Source: Ginglymostoma cirratum (lineage: Eukaryota). Taken from it: a stretch of 64,000 bases of DNA. Below, one piece after another: positions 1 to 12,717 of the stretch. Position 1 is the first letter of the stretch, and each line of letters opens with the position of its first letter. The stretch covers positions 38,775,282 to 38,839,281 of the forward strand of contig JAHRHZ010000249.1 in assembly GCA_024137785.1 (NCBI GenBank). The letters are read 5' to 3'. Both the position numbers and the translations under genes were made by a program. The notes under the pieces were generated by a model. It made no database searches and was not told the origin of the DNA. It saw nothing but the letters and a program-made list of their open reading frames with translations.

Positions 1-170
1 GCTGATGTTTTGGGTTGGGACCCTTCTTCAGAAAAAAAATTCTGAAGAAGGGTCCTGACCCGAAATATCAGCTTTCCTGCTTCTCTGATGTTGCCTGGCC
101 TGCTGTGTTCCTCCAGCTCCACACCTTGTTATCTCAAACTTCAGCATTAGCAGTTCTTACCATCTCTAAC
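1..170. mobile_element. Penelope-like (PLE) pLTR foldback insertion, family A, cut by window start
   Basis: Inverted arms around an A/T spacer (cccttcttcaga-aaaaaaat-tctgaagaaggg). Right arm continues into the same tail seen at the PLE terminus at 7185-7312. Degenerate hammerhead core at 42-71. Confidence 0.85.
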
Positions 171-1800
171 ATAACCTCTTTGCTCTTATATTCAATGCCA
201 TGACTGATGTACTGTCCCATATGCCTTCTTAAATATTCTATTCATGTGCTTTGCCAAATTCTGTGAATAATTACTCCAAGATCCCTCTGTCCCTATAAGC
301 AACGAAGTGTCCTGCCAGTCATTATATATGCCCTCATCTTGTTTTTTTTTTCCAAAGTGCATCACCATGCATTTATCAGAGTTAAACACACCTGCCACTG
401 GTCAGCCCATCTGACCAACGTACCTATATCTTCCCGTAACCTACAATCATCTTTTTCATTACTAACCACTCTGACAATCTTGGTGTCATCTGCAAATTTG
501 TTTACATTACCCGTACATTTTCATTTATGTAACAAACAATAAGGGTCCCAGTACTGATCCTTGTGGTACACCAATGGACATGGGCCTGCAGTCAATTAGG
601 CAACCTTCTAGTGCTACTCTTTATAAGCCTATTACCAAGCAGTTTCTGACTCCTTTTAACTAATTTTCCCACAATTCCATGTACTTTAACCTTCTCAACC
701 AGTCTCCCATGTGAGACCTTGTCAGAAGCTTTGCTAAAATCATATAAATTACATCAACTGAACTTCCCTCATCCACACACTTGATCACACATTCAAAAAA
801 TTCCAATAAATTTGTTAGGCATGACCTCCTTCTGACAAAGCCATGCTGACTATCCCTAATTGACCCAGGGATTTCCAAGTGGGTATTGGTTCACTCCTTC
901 AAAGTTTTCTCCAGTAGTTTCCTTATCACCCATGTGAGATTCACCATTCTGTAATTTCCTGGTTCATTTCTACCACCTTTCTTAAAAAAATAGTACAACA
1001 TTAGCTGCCCTCCCATCCTCTGGCACTTCCCCTGTGGCCAGAGAGGAATTAAAAATTTGTGTCAGAGCCCCCGCAATTTCCTGCCGTGCTTCCCACAGCA
1101 GCCTGGGGTGCAATTCATCCAGGCCAAAGGATTTTTTTTGTTTTTAAGCCCGGCAGAGCCTCCAATCTCTCCCCCTTTCCTATGTCAAATTGTGCAAGTC
1201 TCTCACAGTCCCTTTTCCTGAAATCTGTATCTACATTCTTCTTTTCCAGAGTGAAGTATTCATTCAACACCCTTCCAATATCCTGTGGCTTCAAACACCA
1301 GGTTTCCCTCTTGGTCCTCAGTGGGCCCTACTCTTTCCCTGGTTAACCTCTTCCCTTTAACGTATTTATAATATCTTAGGATTCTCCCTAATCCTGTTCA
1401 CAAGTCCTTTTTCATGTCCCCTTTATGCTCTTCTAATTGCTTTTTTAAGTTGCCTCCTGATCTTCTTACATTCCTCTAGAGCCACAGCTGAATTGCTCCA
1501 ATCCTCTTGGACTTTTCCAGAATCTAAGGATTCCTGGAAGATTACTACCAGCACATCCACTTTCTCAGGAACTACTTACTTTCATATCATAGAATCCATC
1601 CCGTTACATCCAGGAGACTTATTGGTCCTCAGCCCCATTAGTTTCTATAGCAGTATTTATTTCTTCTCCACCTTTTGTACCTTGAATATTTAGCAATTTT
1701 GGAATGCTATTAGTGTCTTCTACTGTTAATATTGGTGCAAAGTATTTATTCAAGTCCCTTGTCATTTCTTGGCTCCCTGTTGTATTTTCCCCAGCCACAT
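171..1800 (-). mobile_element. CR1 LINE ORF2 (RT) fragments, decayed
   Basis: Minus ORFs with QHGFVRRRSCLTNLLEFFE..VDVIY and FNSDKCMVMHFG motifs; many stops and frameshifts. Confidence 0.9.
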
Positions 1801-1812
1801 TATCCTTCAGCC

Positions 1813-2030
1813 ACTCACCATCCTGACTTGGAAATATATTGCCATTCCTTCACTGTCACTAGTTCAAAATCCTGGAACTCCTGTCTAATGACATGTGGGT
1901 GTACCTACAACAAATGGATTACAGCCGTTCAAGAAGACAGCTCACCACCACCTTCTCAAGGGTAACTAGTGACAGACAATAAATATTGTCCAGCTAATGA
2001 TGCCAATGTCCTGTGAGTGAATAGTAGAAA
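1813..2030 (+). mobile_element. 3' end of a second CR1-type LINE (tail shared with the Deu-SINE)
   Basis: catcctgacttggaaatat...ttcaagaagacagctcaccaccaccttctcaaggg...aataaa; the same sequence recurs at about 4220-4445, 17180-17385, 30560-31015 (-) and 58040-58160. Confidence 0.75.
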
Positions 2031-3110
2031 AATTCTCTAAGAAGCTTATGTTCACTTTGACTTCTCTCTTCCATTTTATATACCTGTTAAAGCTCTTGCT
2101 GTCCATCTTTCTCTTCTTAGATGATGTGAGACCTACCAAGTTATTATGCCTTGAACTCACAAGATTGCTTGTGTTTAAACGAATGCCATCCAGCCTCACG
2201 ATGTTCCCCTGTGCCTTAATTTGACTGTACACTCTGACTTCCAGACTACTGGTTCTTTCTCTATACTTGTTTGTGCATCACTGCCTACTGTAACTTCGAT
2301 CTGTATCCCATCCCCTTGTCAAACTATTTTAAACCCCTACCAACAGCACTAGCAAGCCCTCCACCCCCTGCAAGGTATTGGTGAAAGAACATGTCAGGAT
2401 GAGGGGCAGCATTAACCTGTAGTCCCTTTGACAAATACTTAACACTTCTTTGGAATACAATCAGACAAATTTGACAACTGAGCAAAGATGGAGTTAGTAG
2501 GAGAGGGTGACTGAATGTGTCAGGTTATGACTAGAATTTTAAAAGCAAGGAGAAACGAAAGAAGTTTAGGGAAGAATTTTGAAAGCTTAGAGCCAAATAG
2601 ATGAAGGAACAACTACTAATGGTCATGCAAACTAGTTGGTGAATGAATGAGAGCTGAGTTGATGTAATGCACAATTCATGGAGGGTTATAGAGCTTGAGA
2701 AAGTTTTAGAAATAGAGATTGGAGACTCCATGGAGGAAATTAAATACGACTATATAATTTTAAATCTGATACACTGGTGGACTGTTGTCCCATTTGAATC
2801 AGCAAGTTAATGGAATTTTGTGACGGGTGTTGACAACAGTGATTGTTATCTTTCTAATACTTTATTGAAATAAATATAAATTCTTCATATGATCTATTGT
2901 ATAAAAAATCGAGAGAGAATCTGTTTTTGAATGTTAACATTCCTGATAATTTCTCAAGCAATTTTTGAATCTTCTTTTCAAATAGTCAGGCATTTATTTG
3001 TGTATGAACTAAATGACAGAAGCTAGAATCAGATAAAATAATTGGATTGAGAAAGTTATGTTAGAAAACACTTAACATCTACAAAAAAAACTTTTAAAAG
3101 TTTTTTTTAG

Positions 3111-3197
3111 TTGCTCAACCAATGCAAATCCAGTGACAGCTTAGTCTTGATGGATGAAGCTGTAAAAGAAAGGCACATTAACCAAAAGGATACCAAG
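3111..3197 (+). CDS. Candidate internal exon (87 nt, phase 0-0): LLNQCKSSDSLVLMDEAVKERHINQKDTK
   Basis: ttttttttag acceptor, AAG|gtgagt donor, open frame, non-repetitive sequence. Confidence 0.5.
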
Positions 3198-3584
3198 GTG
3201 AGTGTGTTTAAATCAGAAATGTAATAGAAGACATTACACTTTGAGTATTCCAATAATTGCTCTATAGTCAACCAGTTTTACATTGAGTGCAATGAAGTTT
3301 TCATAAAACTTTTAACTGCCAGTCTTAGTGGATATGAAAGATAAAGCTCTAAGAAAATATTGATAGACATATTTGCCAAGTACTTAGAAAATAAATGTTG
3401 GTATTAATGTCAGGCTTCACCCTCACAGTTCACAAAGCCTGTTTTTATGAGCATTTCATTTTGACCTCTGTGGCATTCAAAGAATTTTTCTGGCTCAGGT
3501 TCAGAAATTATGAGAGACAATGGTTGAAAAGATGAAAAAGATCTTATATTTTCTCAAAACTTTTTTTCTATTTTATTCATAGAG

Positions 3585-3818
3585 CTCAGTCGAGTTTTCC
3601 TTGTTTATTACTATGCAGTCCTGTTACATAACAGTTCTGCAAAACTGGGATATGTACAAGGTTTCTAAAGTCCCATATTCAGTGACGTCTGACAAGAAAA
3701 CAAAATCACTTCCATTCATCATTTTGTGCTGCTAGCTTTATAAGAGGAATTCAAATATGCTGAAGTGATGCCAGGTCTGCCCGTTATCATTGTTGCATTA
3801 CCAGTACACAGTCTAAAA
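3585..3818 (+). pseudogene. Candidate disabled exon with TBC-like GYVQG motif
   Basis: Polypyrimidine acceptor (ttttattcatagag) and gtaaga donor. 78 codons LSRVFLVYYYAVLLHNSSAKLGYVQGF*SPIF...ALPVHSLK with three in-frame stops. Confidence 0.3.
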
Positions 3819-4217
3819 GTAAGATCTGCTTTTTTGGTAAACTGATTTATGTGTTTTCTGCACCACTTTCAAAACAATATCTTACAATTAGTGCTTTAAC
3901 TGCCAGTGATGCAATTATGCATGTGTACACAGAGCCTGTTCCTTTCTTGCTAATGCCATTCACAACTAACAAAGAGGAGGTGGGGCTTCCTCCAATTCCT
4001 CATCCCTTTCTCATGATAAAGAATTTAAGTATAGTTTGGTCTGTGACCAGCTCCAACAGTGGGACAAGGTCACAACAGACCCATCACAGAAAATTGCTAT
4101 GCCTTGCCAATCCCTTTCTTCCCTCAAGATCATCTGGAAAATTCAGGGCCAGGACAAAATCTGATAATCTAAGTCCAACCTAGCTTTTAGTCATTCCACT
4201 GGACTGGCGTCATTCTG

Positions 4218-4445
4218 AGCCACTCACCATCCTGACTTGGAAATCTATCATCATTTCTTCACTGTCATCAGATCAAAATTCTGCAATCCCCTCCCTGACA
4301 GTATTGTGGGGGCAGCCACACCAAATAGACTACAGCAGTTCAAGATGGTGGATCAGCATCACCTTCTCAAAAGCAACGGGGTCCTGCAATAAAATGCTGG
4401 CCTAACCAGTGAAGCTTACATTCCATTAATTAATTAAAAGAAAAG
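4218..4445 (+). mobile_element. CR1-type LINE 3' end fragment
   Basis: Paralogous to 1813-2030. Confidence 0.7.
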
Positions 4446-4635
4446 TGGCTCATGACTATGTTCTCAGGGATAGTTGGAGATTAGCAATAAATGGTGCTTT
4501 CACCAGTGATCCCAAAATCTCTTGAATCAATAATGAGGTATTGGAAGATACAGTGGACATTACTGCAACAATTAGGTACAATTCCCAAATGCATGTAATA
4601 TTTCCATTTGCAGGCCACACACCTCTCTTCTGGCG

Positions 4636-4875
4636 GAGATAACAAGGTGTGGGGCTGGATGAACACAGCAGGCCAAGCAGCATCATAGGAGCAGGAAAGC
4701 TTGACGTTTCGGGCCTAGACCCTTCATCAGAAAATCTGGGATATGTACAAGGTTTCTAAAGTCCCATATTCAATGACATCTGACAAGAAAACAAAATCAC
4801 TTCCATTCATCATTTTGTGCTGCCACACACCTTGTTATCTCGGATTCTCCAGCATCTGCAGTACCTTTTATCTCT
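4636..4875. mobile_element. PLE pLTR foldback insertion (family A) containing captured local DNA
   Basis: Left arm gagataacaagg...catcagaaaat; 88-bp copy of 3645-3732; right arm cacaccttgttatctc plus tail. TSD tctcttctgg(c/t)gg at 4624-4636 and 4871-4883. Confidence 0.9.
4701..4730 (-). ncRNA. Minimal type I hammerhead ribozyme motif (PLE-type)
   Basis: Reverse complement reads CUGAUGA-A-GGGU(CUAG)GCCC-GAAA-CGUC-AA: intact catalytic core, stem II and palindromic ACGU stem III. Confidence 0.75.
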
Positions 4876-6493
4876 TCTGGTGGATGCTGGTTCAGGAATG
4901 CAGCGGTACACATCATTGTTACAAAGCCATGTCACACCTACTCCGAAGCCTTTGTTCCATTTCTGAGCTAGAGGCAAATAATCAATCCTCTTAAGGCTAA
5001 AGGAAAATCAGAAGGCACTTGCCCACTGGGCACAAGTTGCATATTTCCCAGCAATCATCCACAACTATCAATAAAACTACCCTGGCCACTGGCATTTCAC
5101 ATCACTTCTGTCAGATGTCAGGTGTTATTAAAATCCCTGGATTAATAATGTTTGGAAGCATTGTTATTTAAACAAAAAACAGCCAAAGAAAATAAATGGC
5201 ACTACTTCTAAGGATGAGAGAATTTTAGATGTACCTAGTTCATGGCACTATGACACATTTTCAAAAGAAAAGATTCCAATTCTAATTTCTAATTCTAATC
5301 TGGTAACTCTTTGCGTTCACTGGTTCTCATGGACATCAAGGATTTTCAAGAAGCTTTGATGCCTCAGATTTGTTTTCCCCCACCTCTTCAAATAGCTGAT
5401 AATACACCTTATTAAGAAAATGAAAACTTAGAGTACATAGTAGAGTACAATGCACTTAAAAGCATCATATTACAGATTTAATATCTCAAATTCCACACTT
5501 TGCAATGTTGCAATTGTTGCTTATCTAACCTGTAGCATCTTATCTTAGTCATTATGACACTCTGACCTTTAAAGTTTTGCACCTTTGTAGACAAAAATTA
5601 AAATTCTTGACCGCTTAACATCAGCCCAAACAACAATAATTTGTAGAAATCACATCCTTTAATCTTATACATGTTTCTCTCTTTATTTGAACACAGTGCC
5701 TGAGGATCAGCTGCACTGTTGTAGTTTTCCTTTCCTTAATCTATCCTCTAAATCTGACAATATCCAGCTGCTTCTGTTTTGAATCTCTGAAGATTTGTGT
5801 ATATTATCTCAACCCATCAATAGGCCTCCCTTGCATTTTACTAACATAGATTCCCACATCTGATTAACGTCTGTCCTCATTTCTACTAATTCCTATTTTT
5901 GTTTTGCTTTTACCTTGCCAGCATTGCATGCTGTACTCCTGAAGCTCCCAGTTCTGGGGCACCAGCTGTCTCCATAAGTGGCCATTCTTGCCTTACAAAT
6001 CTGCCTAGGAAGTGAATGTCTACTGGGTATTTAATTGGAGGGACTTCACTGCTGAGCACAAAAAGAAATGGTTTGAAGTGATTGAAAAAATTAGACTTGC
6101 GTAATCCAAATCATCCATTATATTTAGTGGTATGAGCAGATAACTCACTGTCATGTGCTATTCTTCTCTTCAACATTAATATAAGCTAACAGAATGAACC
6201 ACATTGACAGATAGCTGGTTCAATGAAATGATTTATCTGTGCAAAGACTTTTGAGCTGTAAAATTATTCAGGTCCTCAGTCAGACAAAATGAAGAAGAGA
6301 AAAATGGTCTTTTTGTGTTTTGCTGCAATGCTAAAGCTTGAGTATAAATGGCAAATCACTCACATTCTACAATATAGTTGCTGGTGGCAATATCAATGGG
6401 GGTGTTTTGTCTGCTTATATTTGCCTGCTTGATTCCTCACCACTTGTGACTGGTTGTAATAGAATGACAGGAGCTGATCTATTGGTTGAAGAG

Positions 6494-6600
6494 CTAGAGA
6501 TATTTGACTTTTCTGGTGAGATCATTGAACTTGGGAACATTAATACACAGGAACCTAGAAAGAGGAGTCCGCCCTTTTCCATTGCGTGATGAGTTCATAG
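6494..6600 (-). mobile_element. PIF/Harbinger Myb/SANT-like adaptor gene remnant
   Basis: Minus frame ends KFNDLTRKVK, resembling the Myb/SANT-like CRKKFNDL motif; compare 33295-33591. Confidence 0.35.
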
Positions 6601-7184
6601 TTGACCAAAGGACTCCATCTACTGACTTTGGTTCCATATAACTGAACAGCCTTGCATAACTTAAATTTATCCATCTCGGTTTTTTAATTTTCAATTGACC
6701 TAACCTCAGCAGGTAAGAGTTCTAGATTTCCACTACTTCCTTCATGCAATGCAGCCAAATATGGACAAAGTAAATTTCATAATCATATACTCCTACCTCT
6801 GCCATATTTTGTGGCCCACAGTTTAATGTACATGTTTGCAATACGGACCCAAATTATAGCATAGATCATTGACGATGTCAGGACAGCTTTATATGTAAGG
6901 TCGGATCAGATGTGGGTGACACAGTCAGGTTCAGCATGAGGGGAGTTGCACCATGGTTCAAAGCCTTTGATGTAATAACAAACAGTTTATTCCATTCCAA
7001 TGTGGACCTGTTGTAGGCAAATGATGTTGATGGGGTGTTGAGTGGCAGGAAGTCCAATGCAATGTGAAAGTTGATTCATTGTCCCACACAGCTTTCTGAA
7101 GCTTTGCTTTTTTTTTGCAGGGAGCAGCACTATGTATCAGATCAGGGCCTGCCATTGTTGAGTGTGGACACCCTGTTCCTTCAC

Positions 7185-8390
7185 TCAAAGATAGTAAAAA
7201 CTGCAGATGCTGGAGTCAGAGATAACACAGTGTGAATCTGGAGGAACACAGCAGGCCAGGCAGCATTAGAGGAGCAGGAAAGCTGACGTTTTGGGTCGGG
7301 ACCCCTCTTCAGAAATAAGGGAGGGGTAAGGGAGCTCAGAAATAAATAGAGAGAGGAGGGGTGGGACTGGGGAAGATAGGTAGGATGGTGATAGGTGAGT
7401 GCAGATAGACAGTGGTGGGGATTAGTCAGTGAGGTGGGAGGAGCGGGTAGGTGGGAGAGAAGATGGGCAGGTTGTGTCAGCTCAAGGAGGCGAGGATGAG
7501 AGGGAAGGTTGGTCATGGGATGAGGTTGGGCATAGGGAGATTTTGAAACTGGTAAAATCCACGTTTAGGTCATCGAGCTGTAGGGTCCCGAGAAGGAATA
7601 TGAGGTGCTGCTCCTCCAGTTTGCGGGTGGCGTCATTGTGACCATGGAGGAGGCCCAGAATGGACATGTCACCCAGGGAGTGGGAGGGGGAGTTGAAATA
7701 GTTCGGGACTGGAAGGTATTGTCATTTGTCATGAACAGAGTGCAGGTGCTCTACAAAGTGGTCTCCGAGCCTCCGCTTGATCTTGCCAATGTAGAGGAGG
7801 CCACATTGGGAGCAGCCGATGCGATAGACCACATTAGCGGATGTGCAGGTGAACCTCTGTCTGATGTGGAAGGTTTTTTTGGTTCCTTGGATGGAGGTGA
7901 GGGGGGAGGTGTCGGCTTCCAGTGCAGGTGTAGCACTTCCTGCAGCTGCAGGGAAAGGTGCTGGGGGTGGTGGGGCTGGCAGGGAGTGTGGGGGGTACGA
8001 GGGAGTGGTGGAGAGAGCTGTCCCTATGGATGGCAGATAAGGGTAGAGAGGGAAATATATCTTTGGTTGTGGGGTGAGATTGTAGGTGGCGGAAGTGGAG
8101 GAGAATTATACATTGGATATGGAGGTTGAAGGGGTGATATGTGAAGACAAGGGGGATTCTGTCTTTGTTTTTGTTGTGGGGATGGGATGTGAGGGCTGAG
8201 GTGCGAGAAACACAAAAGATATGGGAGAGAGCATTTTCGACTGAAGAGGAGAAGTTGAGGTCCTTGAAATATGAGGACTCCTGGGATGGGAGTGAAACAC
8301 CCCATCTTGGGAGCGGATGTGGTGGAGGTGGAGGAATTGGGAGTAGGGGATCACATTCGTGCAGGAAGGTGAGTGAGATGAGGTGTAGAA
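7185..8390 (-). mobile_element. Penelope-like retroelement 3' part (RT C-terminus, GIY-YIG endonuclease, 3' pLTR)
   Basis: Peptides MSILGLLH..DATRKLEEQHLIFLLGTLQ..LNVDF and a GIY-YIG-like YIGK segment in another frame. Terminal repeat 7185-7312 is the same sequence as the foldback arms, with a hammerhead core at 7283-7312 (GAAA mutated). Confidence 0.9.
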
Positions 8391-8994
8391 GGAAGGAAGT
8401 TCCTTCACATTGTGGTGCTGTGACCCCATCCTAGTTAAACAGCAAGAGAACAAGCCCGGATGAAACCATATGAAACAGCATCAAAAACAGACAAGACAAA
8501 TAGACAGTTTTATTTTTCATGTATCACTGGAGTAAAACGGTTTAAAATGGAGAAGCCCACTCCAGTAATGGTGTGTCATAGACCAGACAGGGAGTCTGAG
8601 TCATTTTGGTCACATGCACTTTTGCCTGCATGTTTCAATCTGGAGCTGTTGATAATGATGGTAGAGATCCAATGTTCTTCCATCACATAGCTGATCAGCA
8701 GTCATTCCCACTCATCCCACCTACCATCAGTATGTTTGGAAAGAATTGCTAGTTAATAGTCAATTTGGCTGGCCATGTAACAAGCACAACTTACAGACCA
8801 TCAAGTCCTGGAGTGGGACAAACCAAGGATCTCCAGCTCAGAGTCATGAAGACTACCCACCTACATCAAAGTTTAAATAAGTTCCAACAGTAAATGCTCC
8901 CGAGTGATTATTCCACTTAGCCTGCACATGGGATTAGGTTGCATTGAGTTGATTTATTACTCTTCAGTAACTTAAATCATGATTGGATTTAGAT

Positions 8995-9795
8995 ATCATT
9001 GCTCAGGTATTTGAGTGTAAGAGTTGGGACATCATGTTGAATTTGTACAGGAAATTAGTGAGGCCTCTTCTGGAGTATAAGGTCAAAAATCACATGACAT
9101 CAGGTTATAGTCCAACACGTTTATTTGAAGACACAAGCTTTTGGAGCCTCACTCCTTCGTCAGGAGACTCTGAAAGCTTGTGTCTTTGAATAAACCTGTT
9201 GGACTATAACCTGGTATTGTGTAATTTTTGACTTTGTCCTCCCCAGTCCAACACCGGCACCTCCACATCACTTTCTGGAATACTGTATTCAGTTCTGATC
9301 ATCCTGCTATAAGAAAGATGTTATTAAATTGGAGATGGTTCAGAAAAGATTTACCAAATATTGCAGGGAATAGAAGGCTTGAGCACATTCGGCTGGATAG
9401 GCTGAGACCTTTTCGCTGGAGTGTAGGAAGTTGAGGGGTGACCTTCCTGAGGTTTATAAAATCATGTCAGGCATGGATAAAGAGCTTTTCCTGAGGTTGG
9501 GGAGTTCAAAACTAGGGGGCATATTTTTAAGGTGAGAGGAGAAAGATTTAAAAAGGACATGAGGGGCAATATTTTACATCAAGTTGTTTGTGTGTGTAAT
9601 GAACTGCCAGAGGAATGGTGGATGCAGGTACAATTACAACATTTAAAAGACATTTGGATAAAAAATGATTAGGAAAGGTTTGGAGAAATATGGGCCAAAT
9701 GCAGGCAAGTGGGACGAGATTAGTTTGGGAACATGGTTGGCATGGATTAGTTGGACTAAAAGGTAGATTTCTGTGTTCTATGGCTATAACTCTAC
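8995..9795 (+). mobile_element. CR1 LINE 3' fragment
   Basis: SWDIMLNLYRKLVRPLLEY motif and CR1 3' UTR; interrupted by the foldback at 9078-9270. Confidence 0.85.
9078..9270. mobile_element. PLE pLTR foldback insertion, family B
   Basis: Inverted arms caggttatagtccaac / gttggactataacctg with extra tail. Minus-strand CUGACGA-A-GGAG..CUCC-(A)AAAGCU hammerhead-like core. Flanked by ttctggagta / ttctggaata. Confidence 0.8.
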
Positions 9796-10264
9796 AACAT
9801 TAAATCTCATCAGCAATGAGATAGCTGACTTGAGTTAAAGTCGTTCCTGTCCCATCAACTCTCCCATTAATTTTTTCCCTGTTATGGCCGTTAAATCAAT
9901 GGTTAACCACCACAATCAATGAGAATTAACTTAAATATTTATAATGTCTAATTAGTTACCACAGGTGATTTGGGTAAAGAAAAGAGAAAAATAAAAGGGA
10001 AAGTAGGCCTAGTGGGCCCTCTTGCAACGTAGTTGTAATGTACCTATTCCTAGACTAGGAGACATTGTGGGGAAAAAAGAATGGAAAAAAAGAAATCAAA
10101 GGTAATCAGGGGCCCTCTTGTGGCTCAGTTGTACTGTTCCTACAGCCGAACCAGGGGGCTTGGGATCAACTTCCACCTGCTCTAGTGTTGCATAATACCA
10201 TCTTGGAATTGGTTGATTAAAAACATAGGTTAATAAACAAAAATGTTCTGGTGCTGAACACTGA

Positions 10265-10575
10265 CATCATAGAACACCTAGAGTTTGGAAGCAGGCTATT
10301 CAGCCCATTGAGTCCACACCAACCCTCCAAAGAGCATCCCACCCAAAGCCAAGCCCATAATCCTGCATTTTCTATGGCTAACCTGTAAATCCCTGGATGC
10401 TATGGGCAATTTAGCATGGCCAAGACACCTAACCTGCACATCTTTGGATTGTGGGAGGAAACCACTTCAGACAAAGCAAGAATGTGTAAATTCCACACAG
10501 AAGGTCACCTGAGGGTGGAATTGAACCTGGGTCCAAGGCACTATGCAGCAGCAGTGTTAGCCATTGTGCCACCCC
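10265..10575 (-). mobile_element. HE1-like tRNA-derived V-SINE
   Basis: tRNA-like head at the right end, central cctcccacaatccaaagatgtgcaggttagg domain (minus strand) and CR1-like tail; paralogous to 29835-30170 and 40628-40955. Confidence 0.85.
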
Positions 10576-11430
10576 AAACTCCGAAATATTAACCAAAGGT
10601 ATTCAGGGGCACTCCTGTGTTGGCCAATACTAGACACTGTGCTTTAGGAAAAAAGTCAAGACCTTAACAGAGCAGATTTATTAAATTAGTATTAAAGAGG
10701 AAAGAGTTCAATTATATGGGGAGTCATAGAGAAAGTATGGTTTCTCCACCTAGAACAGAAAGGTTAAAAGGAAGGTAACATAGAGCTGCGCAAATCCTTG
10801 AAGGGTTTGAGTGGAGTAAATAAGAAGTTTCCAGTAGGAGGATTGGTAACCAGGCAATGTGGATTTAAGCTAAATGGAGGAAGAACTGGGAGGGGCGGGC
10901 TGTGAGGACTTTTTTATTCCTTTTACATAATGAGTTGTTCTGTCATGAATTGACTGAAAGGTTGGGGGAAGCAGATTCAAAATCCTTTTAAGAGATATTT
11001 TAAAATACCACTGGAAAAGGAAAAAGTAAATCCTGGGCTTTTAAGGGGAACAGCAGGAAAAGGCACAATTGGCCAAGTGGCCTCATTCTGCATCATATAA
11101 ATATGCCCTAAAGGCTGAGTACTGTAGAATAGTAACATCTAAAGAAACAGACCTTTGCTGTTATCAAGCAGATAATCTGTGTTAATTTAGGACACCTCTA
11201 GCTCGCAAAGTCTTCTACAAAATACTTGGATGAATTTTGAACGTAGCTTTCAGACACGAAGAGACAGAGTTTAACTAACACTGCCCTATCACCTTCTATC
11301 CTTGCAGAAAACCCAGCTTTAAAAGTTAGATTCAGGGCATTTTTATAATTCATTCCTACCTCATCTTGAAAGTATATTGGATTTCTATTTGTTACATGTT
11401 TCCTTCCTAAAAAAAGGATCATTTTTCTAG

Positions 11431-11542
11431 CTGTGTAACATAGCATGTGGGATCTACATTTACAAACCACTGAAGCATTGCCATCCACATTTGACGGAAG
11501 TTAAAAGAAATTCTGCAGCAAATACCAAGGCTGGAGGATGAG
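11431..11542 (+). pseudogene. Candidate frameshifted exon (112 nt)
   Basis: catttttctag acceptor, GAG|gtaatt donor. Reads LCNIACGIYIYKPLKHCHPHL, then in the +1 frame RKLKEILQQIPRLEDE. Confidence 0.3.
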
Positions 11543-11951
11543 GTAATTTTATGAGTCAAAACTGCTAGCAGGCAATGTTCCCTTACAGCCACATGGGCTT
11601 GTAAAATTAGTTCGACTGCCTTAACATTGTCAACACTATAGATCCAATTAAACTATGCAAATTCTTTAAACATTTGCATGTCCCTCATCTATTGTGAAAC
11701 CACCCTTGTGATTTTATTGCATTATAATTATTTTTCTAACAATTCTTGTCATTTTGAACTGTTCTGTTTAAACCATTCCCATTATGGGTTCACAACGTTT
11801 CGTGTTTTTGTAACATTTGATGTGTTAGTTTCCCTCTTCCTTAACTTTGACCTCTCTGTCCTTGCAAGCATTCTTCTCCTCTTCAAAGTCCTTGAATGAG
11901 CTGTCTCCTCCAAAATCTATTCACATCTTTTTCAACATTTCATATTTGAAT

Positions 11952-12294
11952 AGGGGGAGGTGATGGTGGTATTATATCTGGACTGTTAATCCAGAGACCC
12001 AGATAACATTCTGGGGACCAGGATTTGAATGCCACCATGGAGATGGTGGAATTTGAATTCAGTAAAATATCTGGAATTAAGAAACTAATGATGACTGTGA
12101 ATCCATTGTCGAGATTGTTGGAAAAACCCACCTCGTTCACTAATGTCCTTTAGGGAAGGAACTGCCATCCTTACCTGGTCTGGTGTACATGTGACTCCAA
12201 ACCCAATTCTGAACTGCCCTCTGGGCAATTAGGGATGGGCAATAAATGCTGCCTAGCAGCGATGTCCTCATCTCGTGAATGAATAAAAAAAAAA
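11952..12294 (+). mobile_element. SacSINE1-like Deu-domain SINE
   Basis: tRNA A/B-box-like head, central cactaatgtcctttagggaagg...cttacctggtctgg domain, CR1-type 3' tail and A-run. Confidence 0.85.
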
Positions 12295-12717
12295 TTGCAT
12301 TGCGAGTAAATTCTGGCTGTATTCCTGAACAGCCTAAAATAATGGGATGTCAAAGTTATCTTTATGAAGCTAGGAGGAGCAAAAATCTTCTTTCATGAAT
12401 AATTCTCCCACTCTGGCTGACTGGTCACTCAATGTGGCATAACAAGGCCCATCAGACAAATGTAACTTGCCACATATATATATATATACTTTTGAGAGTC
12501 ACTCCTGAACCTCCTGAACCAGAATGTGCTTAATACCAGCATTATTGGACAGCTACTGGTTAGATACCTGACGGTGAAAACCTATGACGCAGTGCCCTTT
12601 CGGTGTATCATTGAAGTGACCATTTTTTGTGCAGAAGCTTGAACAGTGATTGTTGACAGGCTCCTCAATTGTAGGGAATGTGCCCTGTGCAGAGAAACCT
12701 GACCCTGTCTCAGTTGA

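Noticed and set aside
7605-8129. 174-aa Gly-rich plus-strand ORF
   Set aside because: Antisense reading of the Penelope-like element.
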